This document shows, in pieces, positions 37,910 to 50,819 of a stretch of 64,000 nt of DNA. How positions within the stretch are numbered: the stretch's first letter is position 1; each line of letters opens with the position of its first letter. The stretch is taken from assembly GCA_032718475.1 (NCBI GenBank), contig JAUCBJ010008594.1, positions 62,001 through 126,000 on the forward strand, read 5' to 3'. Position numbers and translations under genes: made by a program. Under the pieces are notes generated by a model that was given only the letters and a program-made list of their open reading frames with translations, ran no database searches and was not told where the DNA came from. The stretch comes from Nemertoderma westbladi. Its lineage: Eukaryota > Animalia > Xenacoelomorpha.

Positions 37910-38355
37910 GATTACAGAAGGCGGGGTAGCTCAGTTGGTTGAGCGCCGGGCCTACTACTACTACTAGGATCGGCATGCTGCATTGCAGCTGCATTTTTAA
38001 GAATGCTGTGCCGGCTTGTCAACAAAATTGCACCGCCACAACTCCCTATCACCCATGACATTTGCTAGATCATCCGCATCTTTAAGGCCAGTGTCCTTTA
38101 AGATGCGTCTCAAGAAAGTCATGGGCTGTCCACCATGCTCCACCGGGCCTGCAATCTAATGGTTGTAGGTTCAGCCCCGCCAGGGTCCACTCAGCCTTTC
38201 ATCCACTGGGGTCGATAAAATGAGTACCAGTTAAATAAATGGGAGCAAATCTTGGGATAGGAGTAGCGCCCACCCCTACCCTCGGGTAGCAGCTATCGAA
38301 AGAGGAGCCTTCGGGTCGCCTCCGGCTTCGGCCGACTGTTTGCTTTTTTTTTTTG
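37910..38355 (+). mobile_element. tRNA-derived SINE
   Basis: A box TAGCTCAGTTGG, B-box-like GGTTCAGCCC, core ACTCAGCCTTTCATCC...GGTCGATAAAATGAGTACC, flanking duplication AAAACAAATAA. Reverse partial copy at about 46940-47060. Confidence 0.8.
37954..38142 (-). mobile_element. Short 3' fragment of an RTE LINE inserted in the SINE head
   Basis: (TAG)n tail, identity to the 3' end of the other RTE copies, TSD CCGGGCCT (37946-37953 and 38143-38150). Confidence 0.85.
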
Positions 38356-39230
38356 AAAACAAATAAAATAATAGAGTCACACACCCGCTCCAATCGCTGT
38401 TATGTTGTGGAGTCCCTAGATGTTTGTTGGATTAGGGAGGTGGTCGTGGGAAGAGTCTCTTGTTTTCCGTAGTTGCCGGACAACTCTCGGTCTCTTTCCA
38501 ATAAACATAAACGACCAACCGGGCGATTAAGTTGTTGAGTTTCAAAAACGATTCCAGGTTTCTTGTAGTTAAGTAGCATGACTACGAGTTTCACCGATCT
38601 CACTAAACCATCATCGGATATATGAGTCTCGATGATACGACCTGTCTGCCACCTCTTACGGGGAAGATCTGATTCCACAATGAGGACCATGTCTCCGGCG
38701 CTGACATTTTCTTGCTGCACAAACATTAGAGAACGAAGCTTAGACGAGTTATTATGTTTACGACATAATCGCCATATTATTGACATATTACGACAAATTA
38801 TGTTTACTTTAGAACACATCAATGACTACTGCTAGGATCGGCATGCTGCATTGCAGCTGCATTTTTAAGAATGCTGTGCCGGCTTGTCGACAAAATTGCG
38901 CCGCCACAACTCCCTATCACCCATGACATTTGCTAGATCATCCGCATCTTCAAGACCAGTGTCCTTTAAGATGCGTCTCAAGAAAGTCATGGGCTGTCCA
39001 CCATGCTTATTCACTCCATGAGGCTGCCAAAGTACAAGATTATGCACTGGCAGGTCCTCACAGCGAAAGCAATGTCCTGCAAAGCGGATGCGATTTTGTT
39101 CTAGTGTCAAGCTTGGGGGAACCAATAAGACACCTCCAATGTTATATAGCGTCTGGTTGGAGATGTGTGCATTGTACTTGACACAATGAACCAGGCGTAG
39201 CATCCTTGTGAATGTGCCATCCAGAGATTT

Positions 39231-39478
39231 AAAATGTTTAAGGTAGTGGCAAGCCGACTTAAGGGCGTCACAATCAGTCATCAGTCTGATGTCTCCTTCT
39301 GCATTGCATACCGGTACCGGTGTTTCATACTTTTGTGTTTTGTAGTTTTACCAGTTTGTTTAAGTAATCAGGCCCTGACGATACCCCAACGGGGAGAAAT
39401 ATATAGGCCGTTGTTTAATTATCTTTTAATTGTCTTTCGGGGCTATAAAACTCCTGTTCCACCAACCCCTTGTAATGG
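39231..39478 (+). mobile_element. 248-bp Penelope-like/retrozyme fragment inserted in the RTE copy
   Basis: 12-bp TSD ATCCAGAGATTT (39219-39230 and 39479-39490). Absent from the RTE copy near 44940. Carries a hammerhead motif. Confidence 0.7.
39371..39409 (+). ncRNA. Minimal type I hammerhead ribozyme
   Basis: GGCC CTGACGA TA CCCC-AAC-GGGG A GAAA TATATA GGCC: conserved CUGANGA and GAAA cores, helices I and II, and a palindromic helix III. Confidence 0.7.
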
Positions 39479-41079
39479 ATCCAGAGATTTGGTGTCCTCA
39501 GCAGTTAGAGCCCAGCATGGACTCCCATAGAGGAGCACTGGAACTACTGCTGCTCTAAATAATCTGACCTTAAGTTTCCGAATAATTCTCGGTGACTTCC
39601 AAATCCTGGAAAGCCTATTCAAGGCTGCCCATGCCTTTCCCTTACGTATTCGAAGGTCCTCACCTGACTTCCGGATCCATGATCCCAGGTAACAGAAGTC
39701 ATCCACATGCTCAAGCATACCATCTTTTGAGCTTATGGTCATCCGATCAGAGACTTGCTGAGGACTTTCAAAGTTAACTGTCAAAATTTTGGTCTTTCTG
39801 GAGTTAATAAAAAGACTAACACTAGAAGCAGCATTTTCTAATGAGCTGAGGAGCCGTTGGGCTCCCTCTAGTGATTCATTCTGAGAGCACTCCTAAGTCA
39901 TCAGCAAAGTCTAGATCAGTTAGGTACTTGGCAGGATTTCCTCGACTTCTGGAGCCCGTAGGTGGAGTTATCATCATAGGACATGCGTAGAACATAGTCA
40001 ACCACAATTATGAACAAGAATGGTGCAAGTGTGTCTCCCTGGAGGACGCCCCATAACACTTCAAATGGTTTTGTGTCACCGTCAACAGTAGACACAAATG
40101 TTGTCGAACTATCGTATACTGATCTGATTGCTGCAATAATTTCATCAGGAATCCCATATAATGAAAGTATGCTGAACATACGTGAGCGAGAGACTGAATC
40201 AAAGGCTTTGAAGAAGTCAACAAAGATAACAGCCAGATGCCTGTCTTTCATTTTTGATAACTCTTCAATTATCCTTCTAAGTGCCAAAATGGGCTCCATG
40301 GTCCCACGACCTTTACGGAACCCATTCTGATTTCCACGGAGCAGTCTCTCAATGGGATCCCTGATGCGATTTAATAGAATACTATTGTATAGCTTTGCAG
40401 CAATCGAGATCAATGAGATTCCCCGAAAAAAACCATAGATTGTTAGGTTGCCCTTCTTGGGAACAGGCACCAACTTATATGTTTTCATTTCTTGTGGGAC
40501 TCTGTTGTTCGGTTCATGTCTACTATGATGGGATAGATGAGCCTTAAACACTCAGGTATTTTAAAGACCTCAGGGGGAACACCATCTACTCCACTGGCAC
40601 GATTGGTCTTAATGCTCTTTGCAGCAGCCTTCACTTCTGCAAAGGAGATATCACCAATGGGAATATCTGGGAGTACAGACTCAGACACTTTTACTTCTAT
40701 AAAGTTATCAGGCAATACCCTGTCATTATTGAGGAGCTTTTCAAAGTGGGCCTTCCAACCATTGAGGCGATCGGCTGGTGATTCAGCCTTAACCTTGGTG
40801 GTTGGTTGGCTTTTTCGACCAGCAAGCAAGTTGATCGATCTCCATGCCTGGGATGATTGCCTGCTGTCGTCAGCATCATTGATGGCATCAACCTGTTGGT
40901 TTATTAGCTCCTGTAAATTAACAGAGTACTGCCTGTTCAGGGACCTAGATGCAGCCTTAACTGCATTCTTGGCCGCTGTAGTCTGTTTGAGTCGGGACTC
41001 TTTCTGCGCCTTGTAGAGGTCATTTCGGCACTTCTGAATTTTGTTGTCAGTCCAGGGGGCCCGGCCCTTTTCCTGTTTC

Positions 41080-41880
41080 GAGGGTATACAGGAACTGTTT
41101 CTGCAGCTGCTAACGTATGGTAGACCCCTCGTAGGTGTCCCTTGCAGATGCGACGGTTGTGGCGCTGGGTTTGATCTCAACCACGGGTTGAATTGTAAGA
41201 AGGGTGGTCTAGTGATTCAGCGTCATAACGAGCTCCGCGACGCAGTCGGTGACCTCGCGGCCCTGGCATTCGGACCGCGAAACGTTATGCTCGAGCCAGT
41301 GGTCCGCGAGCAGCACGAGGATGGCGACGGGGCTGGTCTGCGATGCGATGTCGGCATTAGGGGAGCGTTCAGTACCCAGACACAGGCGTTGATTGACATA
41401 CGTACAATTAACCTTGACGCCGTGTCTTATGCTGGGCGCTCCGTGAGGTCGGTATTGGAGTCAGCGGAAGAGGAGAAGAAACGCTTATATACAGCCGCAG
41501 TTTCCGCCCGCCGAGGTGATTTCTCCCCTTTCGTCGCCTCATGCGACGGCATACTGGCACCGCAGGCCAATAAGCTGTTGCGAATCATCGCAGACCGCCT
41601 ACACACCAACTGGGGGAAACCATACAGTTCGGTAATGGGGTGGGTGCGTGCACGCATATCGTTCGCGATAATCCGCGGCACTTCCCATTGCCTGCGAGGG
41701 TCGCGGGTGAGATGGCGAAGCGGTTTGGGGCTTGAGGACGGCGCCGGGATACCAGGGGGCTTTGCTTAGAGTGTTTGATCGATTATGCGGGGACTGGTAT
41801 GGTATATTACATAATTATTGCTCATTGTAACTGTGTAATGGAGTTGTTACCATCTGTACTGCAAGCAATATGCTATTGAT
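41080..41880 (+). mobile_element. 5'-truncated CRE-like non-LTR retrotransposon (zinc knuckle plus RLE domain)
   Basis: C.CDGCG...H.LNCKKGG..IQRHNELRD, RCDVGIRG, IDIRT, EEEKKRLY, FSPFV.S.DG, W.R.RISFA..RG. Confidence 0.85.
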
Positions 41881-41950
41881 CATTTAGTGCGTTTTTGCGA
41901 AAATTATAATATACATATCGGAATAATAAACGTTACGGTAGAGTGTAACA

Positions 41951-42440
41951 TACAGTACAGTAGGTAGTACCGTTAGTAGGCAGTACAGTACAGTAGGTAG
42001 TACCGTTAGTAGGCAGTACAGTACAGTAGGTAGTACCGTTAGTAGGCAGTACAGTACAGTAGGTAGTACCGTTAGTAGGCAGTACAGTACAGTAGGTAGT
42101 ACCGTTAGTAGGCAGTACAGTACAGTAGGTAGTACCGTTCGTAGGCAGTACAGTACAGTAGGTAGTACCGTTAGTAGGCAGTACAGTACAGTAGGTAGTA
42201 CCGTTCGTAGGCAGTACAGTACAGTAGGTAGTACCGTTAGTAGGCAGTACAGTACAGTAGGTAGTACCGTTAGTAGGCAGTGCAGTACAGTAGGTAGTAC
42301 CGATAGTAGGCAGTACAGTACAGTAGGTAGTACCGTTAGTAGGCAGTACAGTACAGTAGGTAGTACCGATAGTAGGCAGTACAGTACAGTAGGTAGTACC
42401 GTTAGTAGGCAGTACAGTACAGTAGGTAGTACCGTTAGGC
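41951..42440. repeat. 33-bp minisatellite, about 14-15 copies
   Basis: Unit GTACAGTACAGTAGGTAGTACCGTTAGTAGGCA, giving an 11-aa periodicity in the overlapping ORFs. Confidence 0.95.
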
Positions 42441-43307
42441 CTACAGAAAGATAAGATACAATTTGATACAGATGACATTTGAGATACAATTTTAATTTCC
42501 CTCCAATTTAGTTATCCTTTGTTACTAAAACCAATCAAACAACTCCAAATTTGTAATATTAACGTAAAATGGTCTATAGAGCTAACACAAGGGCTCGTGT
42601 TAGCTATATTTTTTTCATGTCCCTTCCCGGGCTCCGTACTGCCTCTCTGCCTCTGGGCTGGGTAAAATGTATGTTTTCGATTCCCGGGAATCAGAGTGGT
42701 ACCCGGAGACCAAAACATAGCCCGGAGAATCCAAAGATCAGTGACAAGTCTCTGTTTCAACTCTATTTATAATGGCTTCATATCACTGATAATACTAACG
42801 CCGTTAAGTAATGGTGATATATTCTATAATATAAAATTATTCTAAATTCGGCAAAATGCCGTACAGTTTTACCAATTATTATGCAGACCTATCAATCATC
42901 TTCAGATCTTTGCATTCAATTTTACCATCCATTCTTATTATCCAAACATTAAAATTCCCAATGCTGCCAATATTATGATACCGGGTTATCAAACTCTAAA
43001 ACCAATACGATAGTATAACTGGATAGATTAAATGGGCAACCTTATTGGTAGAATACATATAGCATTATTATCATTTTTCTGGCATAATTTGTTTTATAGC
43101 TAATGGTAATTATATATCCTCCTATCTTACTTATTAAATATTAATTTATTAATTAAAGTATTCTGAGATGGACTAATAACAACTGTTCAAATATTATTAG
43201 TATTTTTATTTTGCAATGAAAAAATATAAGTACTCTATAAAATACCGTTTTGGAAATTAATTAAATTACTATAATAATTGTTTACTCTAATATTTGATTT
43301 TATCAAC

Positions 43308-43372
43308 ATGTTGTGGACAATCTTTGTTGATATTTGTCTGTTGGGGTTCGTGTTTTTTACTTCTTTGATCTT
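43308..43372 (+). CDS. CYP exon 1 (membrane anchor)
   Basis: MLWTIFVDICLLGFVFFTSLI, donor GTAAGT, phase 2 matches exon 2. Confidence 0.75.
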
Positions 43373-44081
43373 GTAAGTTTGTATCCTACCTAATTATATA
43401 AACTTTATTTTACTGTGTAGTTTAAATCTACTTTATACAATTTATTGATTGAATCTTTCATTTCGCGCGGAGACGGGGGGGGGGGGGGGGGGGGGAGGTG
43501 GGACTGGACTCAAATCCCACCTTGGCGAATTAATATCCCGCCTCAATGTTCAAACCAAAACAATAAACTCAACACAATAGAACAGGCTACAGTTTTAATT
43601 TTGGGAGTAATCAGCTGTAATTTTCGTTTGGAGATGGATGAATTTTATGGCGTCCAGCCCCCCCCCCCCCCACTGTGTGACAGTATAAGATTTATTTTGA
43701 ACTGAAGTACGACAGTAGGTCTACGCACTGTTATTGACAGATTGTCGCAAAGAACCATCGTCAGTTATCATAGGCCTACAGCCCTTCGTAAAACTGAAAC
43801 GAGTGCTCTACCAGGGGGTCAAGCAATTTCACGAATAAAATTACATATAAAAAATAATAGTTATTTTTGTTTTCGATGACCTCGTCAAAAAGTAAACACC
43901 CTCTCTGGGAGTAGGCAGAAAAATTCAATACCTTAATAGTTCTTTAGCTAATTACTGCACCTACATCACCATATACAGTAGCTTTTTTATTAATATTATT
44001 TTCGTGGAATTAATTTTTTATATGAGCAATGTTTTTTGTTGTTATTTTGCTATTAATTGATACTTGTTTTTTACTTGTTAG

Positions 44082-44228
44082 CTGGTCTTGGAGGAAGCAA
44101 CGATTATTCTCAGAATTAGGGATCCCTGGCCCACGGCCTTTACCTTTGTTTGGGAATATCTTATCATATGGTAAAGGGATGCACGAATTCGATATGAAAT
44201 GCACTAAGAAATACGGCAAAACATTCGG
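44082..44228 (+). CDS. CYP exon 2
   Basis: WSWRKQRLFSELGIPGPRPLPLFGN...KKYGKTFG with AG and GTGAG boundaries. Confidence 0.9.
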
Positions 44229-44647
44229 GTGAGTTACCTAAACAATTTAGAAAGTGTTTATCCCTCCGAAAACGGTGTCTTTGTATTTTATATATAATAA
44301 CTATTTACATACTTGTGTGTAAAGTAGCACTTTACAGTGTGACGAGTGGCTTTGTTACACGAACGAACGTTAGTGAGTGAGTGAAAATAAAGCCACGAGG
44401 ATCAGAACACTGTAAAGTACTTTGCAACAAGGACGTATGTAGTTTTATTCAAAATTTTAACATTACGAAATGATTGTACATATACATTATAAGTGATAGA
44501 AACTGCACAAATTATATTAGTTACTGTATAAATAAATGTAAAAATTAATTACATAAATTATGTTATAAATAAGTTAGCTTATATTTATAGTTGCGTTTGG
44601 AGCCATGTTATAATAATATAGCTAGACCCTACTGGTTAAATAGCTAT

Positions 44648-45349
44648 TGGTGTCTAGTGCTGGTCTTTTTATTAACTCCAGAAAGACCAAATTTTTGACC
44701 GTTAACTTTGAAAGTCCTCAGCAAGTCTCTGATTGGATGAGCATAAGCTCAAAGGATGGTATGGTGAGGACCTTCAAATACGTAAGGGAAAGGTTTGGGC
44801 AACCTTGAGTAGGCTTTCCAGGATTTGGAAGTAACCGAGAATTAATCGGAAACTTAAGGTCCGATTATTTAGAGCAGCAGTAGTTCCAGTACTCCTCTAT
44901 GGGAGTCCATGCTGGGCTCTAACTGCTGAGGACACCAAATCTCTGGATGGCACATTCACAAGAATGATACGTCGGGTTCATTGTGTCAAGTACAATGCAC
45001 ACATCTCCAACCAGACACTATATAACATTGGAGGTGTCTCATTGGTTCCCCCAAGCTTGACACTAGAACAAAATCGCCTCCGCTTTGCAGGACATTGCTT
45101 TCGCCGTGATGACCAGCCAGTGCATAATCTTGTACTTTGGCAGCCTCATGGAGTGAATAAGCATGGTGGACAGCCCATGACTTTCTTGAGATGCATCTTA
45201 AAGGACACTGGCCTTGAAGATGCGGATGATCTAGCAAATGTCATGGGTGATAGGGAGTTATGGCGGCGCAATTTTGTCGACAAGCCGGCACAGCATTCTT
45301 AAAAATGCAGCTGCAATGCAGCATACCGATCCTAGTAGTAGTAGTAGTG
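44648..45349 (+). mobile_element. RTE LINE 3' fragment in CYP intron 2
   Basis: Same family as 38825-41075, (TAG)n tail, TSD AATAGCTAT (44639-44647 and 45350-45358). Confidence 0.88.
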
Positions 45350-47672
45350 AATAGCTATACCCCGCCTACCGGTACGTAAATGCAGTAGGACTATCTGGCT
45401 GTCAGGCAAATTTCCACCTATTGTTTACGTGGTATCCAATGACGGCGTTAGTAATGTCCCCTTAGTGCACATTACTTATCGTCGCCATGGGTTACCATGT
45501 AAATAATAACACCAAATACAATACTAAATGTACAGGCCAATACAATGCTGTAATGTCCTCTAAAGTTGTAAAGTGCTAAATAACAACTCGATGTTAATAC
45601 TAACGGCGTTGAGTCATGTTACAATTTTGGAATAAATTGGTACGAAATGAAAATTACATGGTTTAACACTGAAGCATTTTTCTCATAAAAGTTGCTAAAC
45701 GGAATATTTGGAATACATTGTCACACGTTTTAACCCTTTTTTCCCTAGTCCGATTCGACTTGTAGTCAAAGTAAAAAAAGTATTACATGTGTCAATACCT
45801 TTAACAAGTAGCTTTGGAACTTCTGAACCCCTGTTCCAAATTCATGATTCGTTTTGAAGCACGTTGCGTGGAAGCACGTTACACATGGTAGATTTACAGT
45901 ACCGGTAGAGCTAAAATGGTGGTGCGCTTGAACCGCAACTGCCACAAACATTATATTTATGCATTACAAAACATGCTGTCTATATTATCAAGTTGTCAGT
46001 TATTATTAATCAGCAGAACAATGTAGTCCATGAACTGCCAAAGTTTCTAAAATCAATCTGTTTACAATCTTCCAAATAGAGAATGTGTGTGTGCAGGATT
46101 CTTGCTTTTGGAGCATGGTGGTGCTTTCTTTTTGAATTTTTTTTTTCAAATACAACTTATTACAACGTTTTAATTTCATGGCCCTTTCTATCCATCATCC
46201 CTCTCCAGGGGTGATTCGACGCAAATAGCAGCTGATTACTCTGTAATCTTAAATTGTAAACTGTTCTATTGTGTTTAGTTTATTGTTTTGGTTAAAATAA
46301 CGTGCCACTGTAACCGGCTCCTTTCCCTAAATTGAGAATGAGAATTTATCATTGAGGCGGGATATTAATTCGCCAAGGCGGGTTTTGCCTCCACTTTTCC
46401 CCCTTTTCTCAGTTGTCTAAAGTTCTTATTGACACTAAATACTGAGATGAAGTCGAAAAAACTAAACACCTACCAACGACTGCTTACTAAAGTATCAGGG
46501 AGGAAGATTGGGGCTGGAATAATTATTGTTCATGGCAGGAATATCCAATGTGAACTAGTGAACTCTCTAAAGCAACTCTAATTCGATATATATTGTGGAA
46601 TATTAAATTTCTGTGAATCTAAAATAATTTGAATTGAATTACTTTGTTGCGATTTTGTAACTTATGTTGATTATTTTTGTTGTGACTGAATATAATTAAT
46701 AATTAGTAGTAATTATAATTAATACTAGATTATTACTCTTAGCATTACAATCATTTAGATTTGTTGAAGTCCGTGTGGGGTGGGTTACCTACCTGGGATT
46801 TAGAACAACACAATAAATCGATGGGTCAAACGTTCGACTCACGCCTAATTCCTCTCGCCTTATGCCGCCAATGTCATATTTGTTTACTGTTTTTTGTTAT
46901 GCTATGAAACAACAAAAAAGCTAAGCAAAGCATACATTAGACCGAAGCTGGAAGCGACCCAAGGGCTCCTCTTTCGATAGCTGCTACCCGAAGCGCCGAA
47001 GGTAGGGGTGGGCGCTACTCCCTTACCAAGATATGCTCCCAGTTATTTAACTGGTACTCAACAAGGAGGAACACGAGTGGGGCCTTTGTCCAGCAAAAGC
47101 TGCAAGCCATCTCAGCGAACAATTATAATTATACTATGGCTAGTTATATATTGGCTTCCGACACACACGCACAGACTTTTGGAAAACGGCCATAGTATAA
47201 TTATAACAGTTCGCTGATGGCTCGCAGTTTTGACTCGCCCCAATGAAACAACAAGGAAATCGTAAAACCAAACAAGCATATTGATGAATAAGCCTAATGT
47301 ACAGTATAACTTCTCACCGTATTCATAAAAAATGTGGATGCGAATTGATTAAATTTACAACGTGATTATTTTGTTATCCACACAATTCATTCCTCGAGGG
47401 TTTTACACTTTAAGTGAAACATAAATAGTGGTTTTCGCCCAGTAAATCCTTCATGCTTTTGTAAAATTTGTTGTCAACTTCCAATTTAGACTGCTTAGAG
47501 CTCGATTGGTCTAATAGAAACAAATTATTGAATATTTCACCCAAAATATTTCCTTGTTGTAACACATTTTAGGAATGTTATCGTGTGGTTTTGTTTTATG
47601 TCTAGTTATTTCGGAATTTTCGATTAAATGTTTCTCGGTTTTATATTATTATTTCCATTGTGATCGTTTCAG

Positions 47673-47769
47673 GATATACGAAGGCGCTTTCAGCATGTTG
47701 GTTACTTCGGATCCGGAGTTAATTAAGGCCATTTGTATCAAAGAATTCTCTAAATTTACTAACCGACGG
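47673..47769 (+). CDS. CYP exon 3
   Basis: IYEGAFSMLVTSDPELIKAICIKEFSKFTNRR with AG and GTGAG boundaries. Confidence 0.9.
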
Positions 47770-48105
47770 GTGAGTTGGTGTACGGCTACCGGTGCGGTAG
47801 GCCTACTCGCGGTAGACCCACCCCAACTCATACACTGTAGGTCCTTGTCGGCTAACGAAAGTTATTGGCAACATTCTGGGATAATATGGAATACCATATT
47901 TAATTAATTATTTATTTAGTTAACCCGGCATATTATAATTAATCTTATAAATATTATTATATTAAATATTTATCTTATATAATATTTATACAAACTATTT
48001 CATAAATTGATTTTTTTTCAAATCCGATTTCAAATTCGTCCATTATATAAAATTTATGTTTGTTAAAAATTTCGTTATGTTATGGAATTACTTTCATTAT
48101 TGTAG

Positions 48106-48222
48106 CGCTTCGAGGATGGAGACACTCGTTTACAAAGCATGATAACTCGGGCTCAGGATGAACAATGGCACCGTTTGAGAACAACGTTAACACCAATTAT
48201 GAGTGGAAATAAACTAAAACAG
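48106..48222 (+). CDS. CYP exon 4 (C-helix WxxxR)
   Basis: RFEDGDTRLQSMITRAQDEQWHRLRTTLTPIMSGNKLKQ. Confidence 0.88.
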
Positions 48223-50345
48223 GTCGGTAGTTGTTGGAATAAACTGAAACAGGTCGCTAGTTGGAATTGATATCTAACCTCAATGTTATTTTATATATTA
48301 AGGGGAAGTAACAGGTTTTATACACTGACACGTTAATCTAACCAAAACAATAAACAAATTCAATAGAAGAAGTTACAGTTTTATTTTCAGGAGTGATTCT
48401 CTCCCCCTATCTGCCGATTATGTTGCGATATATGGCGTTGTGTGTAAAATAACCCTTTATACAGTATAGAACAGATTAGATAAGGTGTATTAATGTGCAA
48501 CCGTAATACTGTATAATTAGAGAGGGTAAGTAAAATACACACGTTCGTTTATATTCAGCCGATTTTATACAGTATGTAGCCTCAATTACGTAAAGTTTAC
48601 AATAAAACCCAAGTATATTAATTTGCGGTGGCAAACTTCTATAAAACAAAATATGAATTTGCCGTTTCCGAATATCTATCGAATCCAATATATTTGTGCT
48701 AATTTAATTTACATTTCTCTATAAATCAATGTTTGTGCTAAATTAACGTCTCAATTGTGCTTTTAATAATCGCCAAATTAAGTTAAGGCCATTATGTGCT
48801 TCTGCCCACTGGTTGGTCGAAAACCCAGCTGAGAGAACTCTGGATTTCGCCTGATCATGTGAGCAGATTTAGACATTGCGTCATTCTTACAGTTTTAGCT
48901 GTAGCCATCTTAAATCTTTGTTATTTGCACTTCCGTTTTGATTGTAATTTGCTGCTTTCTTCTGTAACTTCGTGACTTTGATGAAATGATTACTGCTTGA
49001 TCAGACTCTTGATTTATATTTCTTATTGTTAATAATAATTCGCTGCAATGTAGTAAATCTAAATCAACGATTTTTTCTTCGACTGTCTGACTGTCTGACT
49101 GTCTGACTGTGTTTTACTATGGCTAGCTTGTCTGACTGTCTTGCCATGTTTTACACCGTTACGGTAACCACCCGTTTTAGCATGCTGGGGGCCGCCAAAT
49201 AAATAAATAAACTATAAATATAAATATAAATAACTATAAATATAAATAGTGAGCCCGCTATGCGGGCTCACTATTCGGAAGCGACGGAAGGAAGGTTGGA
49301 GGATCCAATGCACGACACTACCGGAGGGACTGGCTGACTGGTGGTTGCGGTCGGGCTGATTTAAATTGAAGATCGGGGGTCGGTCGCCATTAAGGCTGTA
49401 AGGGGGAAGGTAACCTAGATTTTGTGTCTCTGTCTGCTGATTAGTTAGGCGGAAATATCATATTGATTTGGGGTAATCTTATCCGATTACGCTAGTGCTA
49501 CGCTAATGCTATGCTAAATGTGGCTAATGCTACGCTAACGCTATTTGTTATTGTTGCACTTATTGTTATTGTTATTGTATTGTTCCGAAATGCTTGATTC
49601 TATTGTAATGTTTTAGATAGGCGCTATTTGATTGTTTTCTATTTCTAAATTTATGCTTGTTAAATTGCTGTTACCGGTAGGTCAAATAACACGGTCTTTA
49701 GGCTGTCTCTAGTGTAACCCAGTAGCGTAACTAGTTAGTGTTACAAATTCTGGAATACCTAGTAATTAGTTCGCAACTCCGTACGTTTGAGAAATTGTAG
49801 TTTATGCTAGTATTTAGAACAAAATAAGGATTTCGTACGCTGCATAGCGGAGAATAGTTTGGTTATTTACGCTTAGGAAATATCTTGGACTAATCTAGGC
49901 TAGGCGGTTATCCTAAAATAGTGGGTTCGCAAGTTTACAGTAGTCGCAACGCAAGCGTAGCTAAGCAGTAATATTGCTGATTACAGTCAGCGCTAAGATT
50001 ATCAGAATCAAATAAATGATTTTCGCCTTTATTCGCAACATTAAATATTCTCACATTCAACTTTTGTCCGCCTGACGAACTGCTTTCTTTCTCTGTGAAG
50101 GGTGAACGATAGAGTGTCAAATCACCTACACTCGTATTAAGTAGCTTGGGAAGCCAAATCAGGTTTATTGTTTTGGTTATTTCTGTTTCGGCTTGTGCTT
50201 AGGGCAATTAGCTTGGTATGTTATAGTTTGATTAAACCCTTTGTTTCATTCGAAAATAAAAATCTTATCAAAAGAAAGGATCCCCTTTGAGATTTCTAAC
50301 AGTAATCGGATCTCTTTCGGGGGCTTTTAACAGATTACTTTGTAG

Positions 50346-50583
50346 ATGATTTCTTTGGTGGACCATTGCGCCGTCAATCTCAACACAATTATCGCCAAGG
50401 CAGCTGCTACGGGGGAGGCGGTCGAGCTAAAAGATTTATTTGGTGGATTCAGTATCAACGTTATTGCGGAATGCGGATTTAGCGTTAGAGTTGACTCTTC
50501 AGGGGACAAGAATGACCCATTTCTCTACCACGTTAAGAAGGCTTTTCTCACCAACTTTTTCAAACCCATGATCCTTCTTATCC
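50346..50583 (+). CDS. CYP exon 5
   Basis: MISLVDHCA...ELKDLFGGFSINVIAECGFS...DPFLYHVKK with TAG and GTGAG boundaries. Confidence 0.88.
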
Positions 50584-50819
50584 GTGAGTTGAATTGTTTT
50601 ATAGCAACAGTACTATAATAGGACGGACATATTTTTAGTTTATTTAGTTACTATTTGGGGTGAGGGTGAGCTACGACGTCTGTGAGCCTCTAGCTGACAT
50701 TCCGTTTTTAGTTCCGGTCAAACCGGCATTGTCCGCTTGTTTGTCCGTCAGTCAGTCCGTCCGTCCGTCTGCCCTAATGTTTGAATCCTCTCCTTATATT
50801 AATTTGTTTAATGTTTCAG

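Larger units (their letters stand above)
35590..38725 (-). mobile_element. Older BEL/Pao sibling, 5' part (integrase C-terminus, spacer, start of accessory ORF)
   Basis: Diverged reverse complement of about 30718-33810. QQENVSAGDMVLIVESDLPRKRWQTGRII matches the integrase tail, and the sequence is continuous across the CAAAG TSD with 19056. Confidence 0.9.
38825..41075 (-). mobile_element. RTE-clade LINE, 5'-truncated and degenerate (RT domain)
   Basis: PKKG, RGISL, QNGFRKGR, FVDFFKAFDS, GVLQGDTLAPFLF, FADD, FCYLGS, RFAGHCFR, and a (TAG)n-like tail. Confidence 0.88.

Noticed and set aside
41884-42489. Repetitive 201-aa and 181-aa proteins
   Set aside because: Translations of the 33-bp minisatellite.
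44029-44081. ATG at 44029 as the P450 start
   Set aside because: This T-rich stretch is the polypyrimidine tract of intron 1; a better exon 1 with a GTAAGT donor and matching phase lies at 43308-43372.
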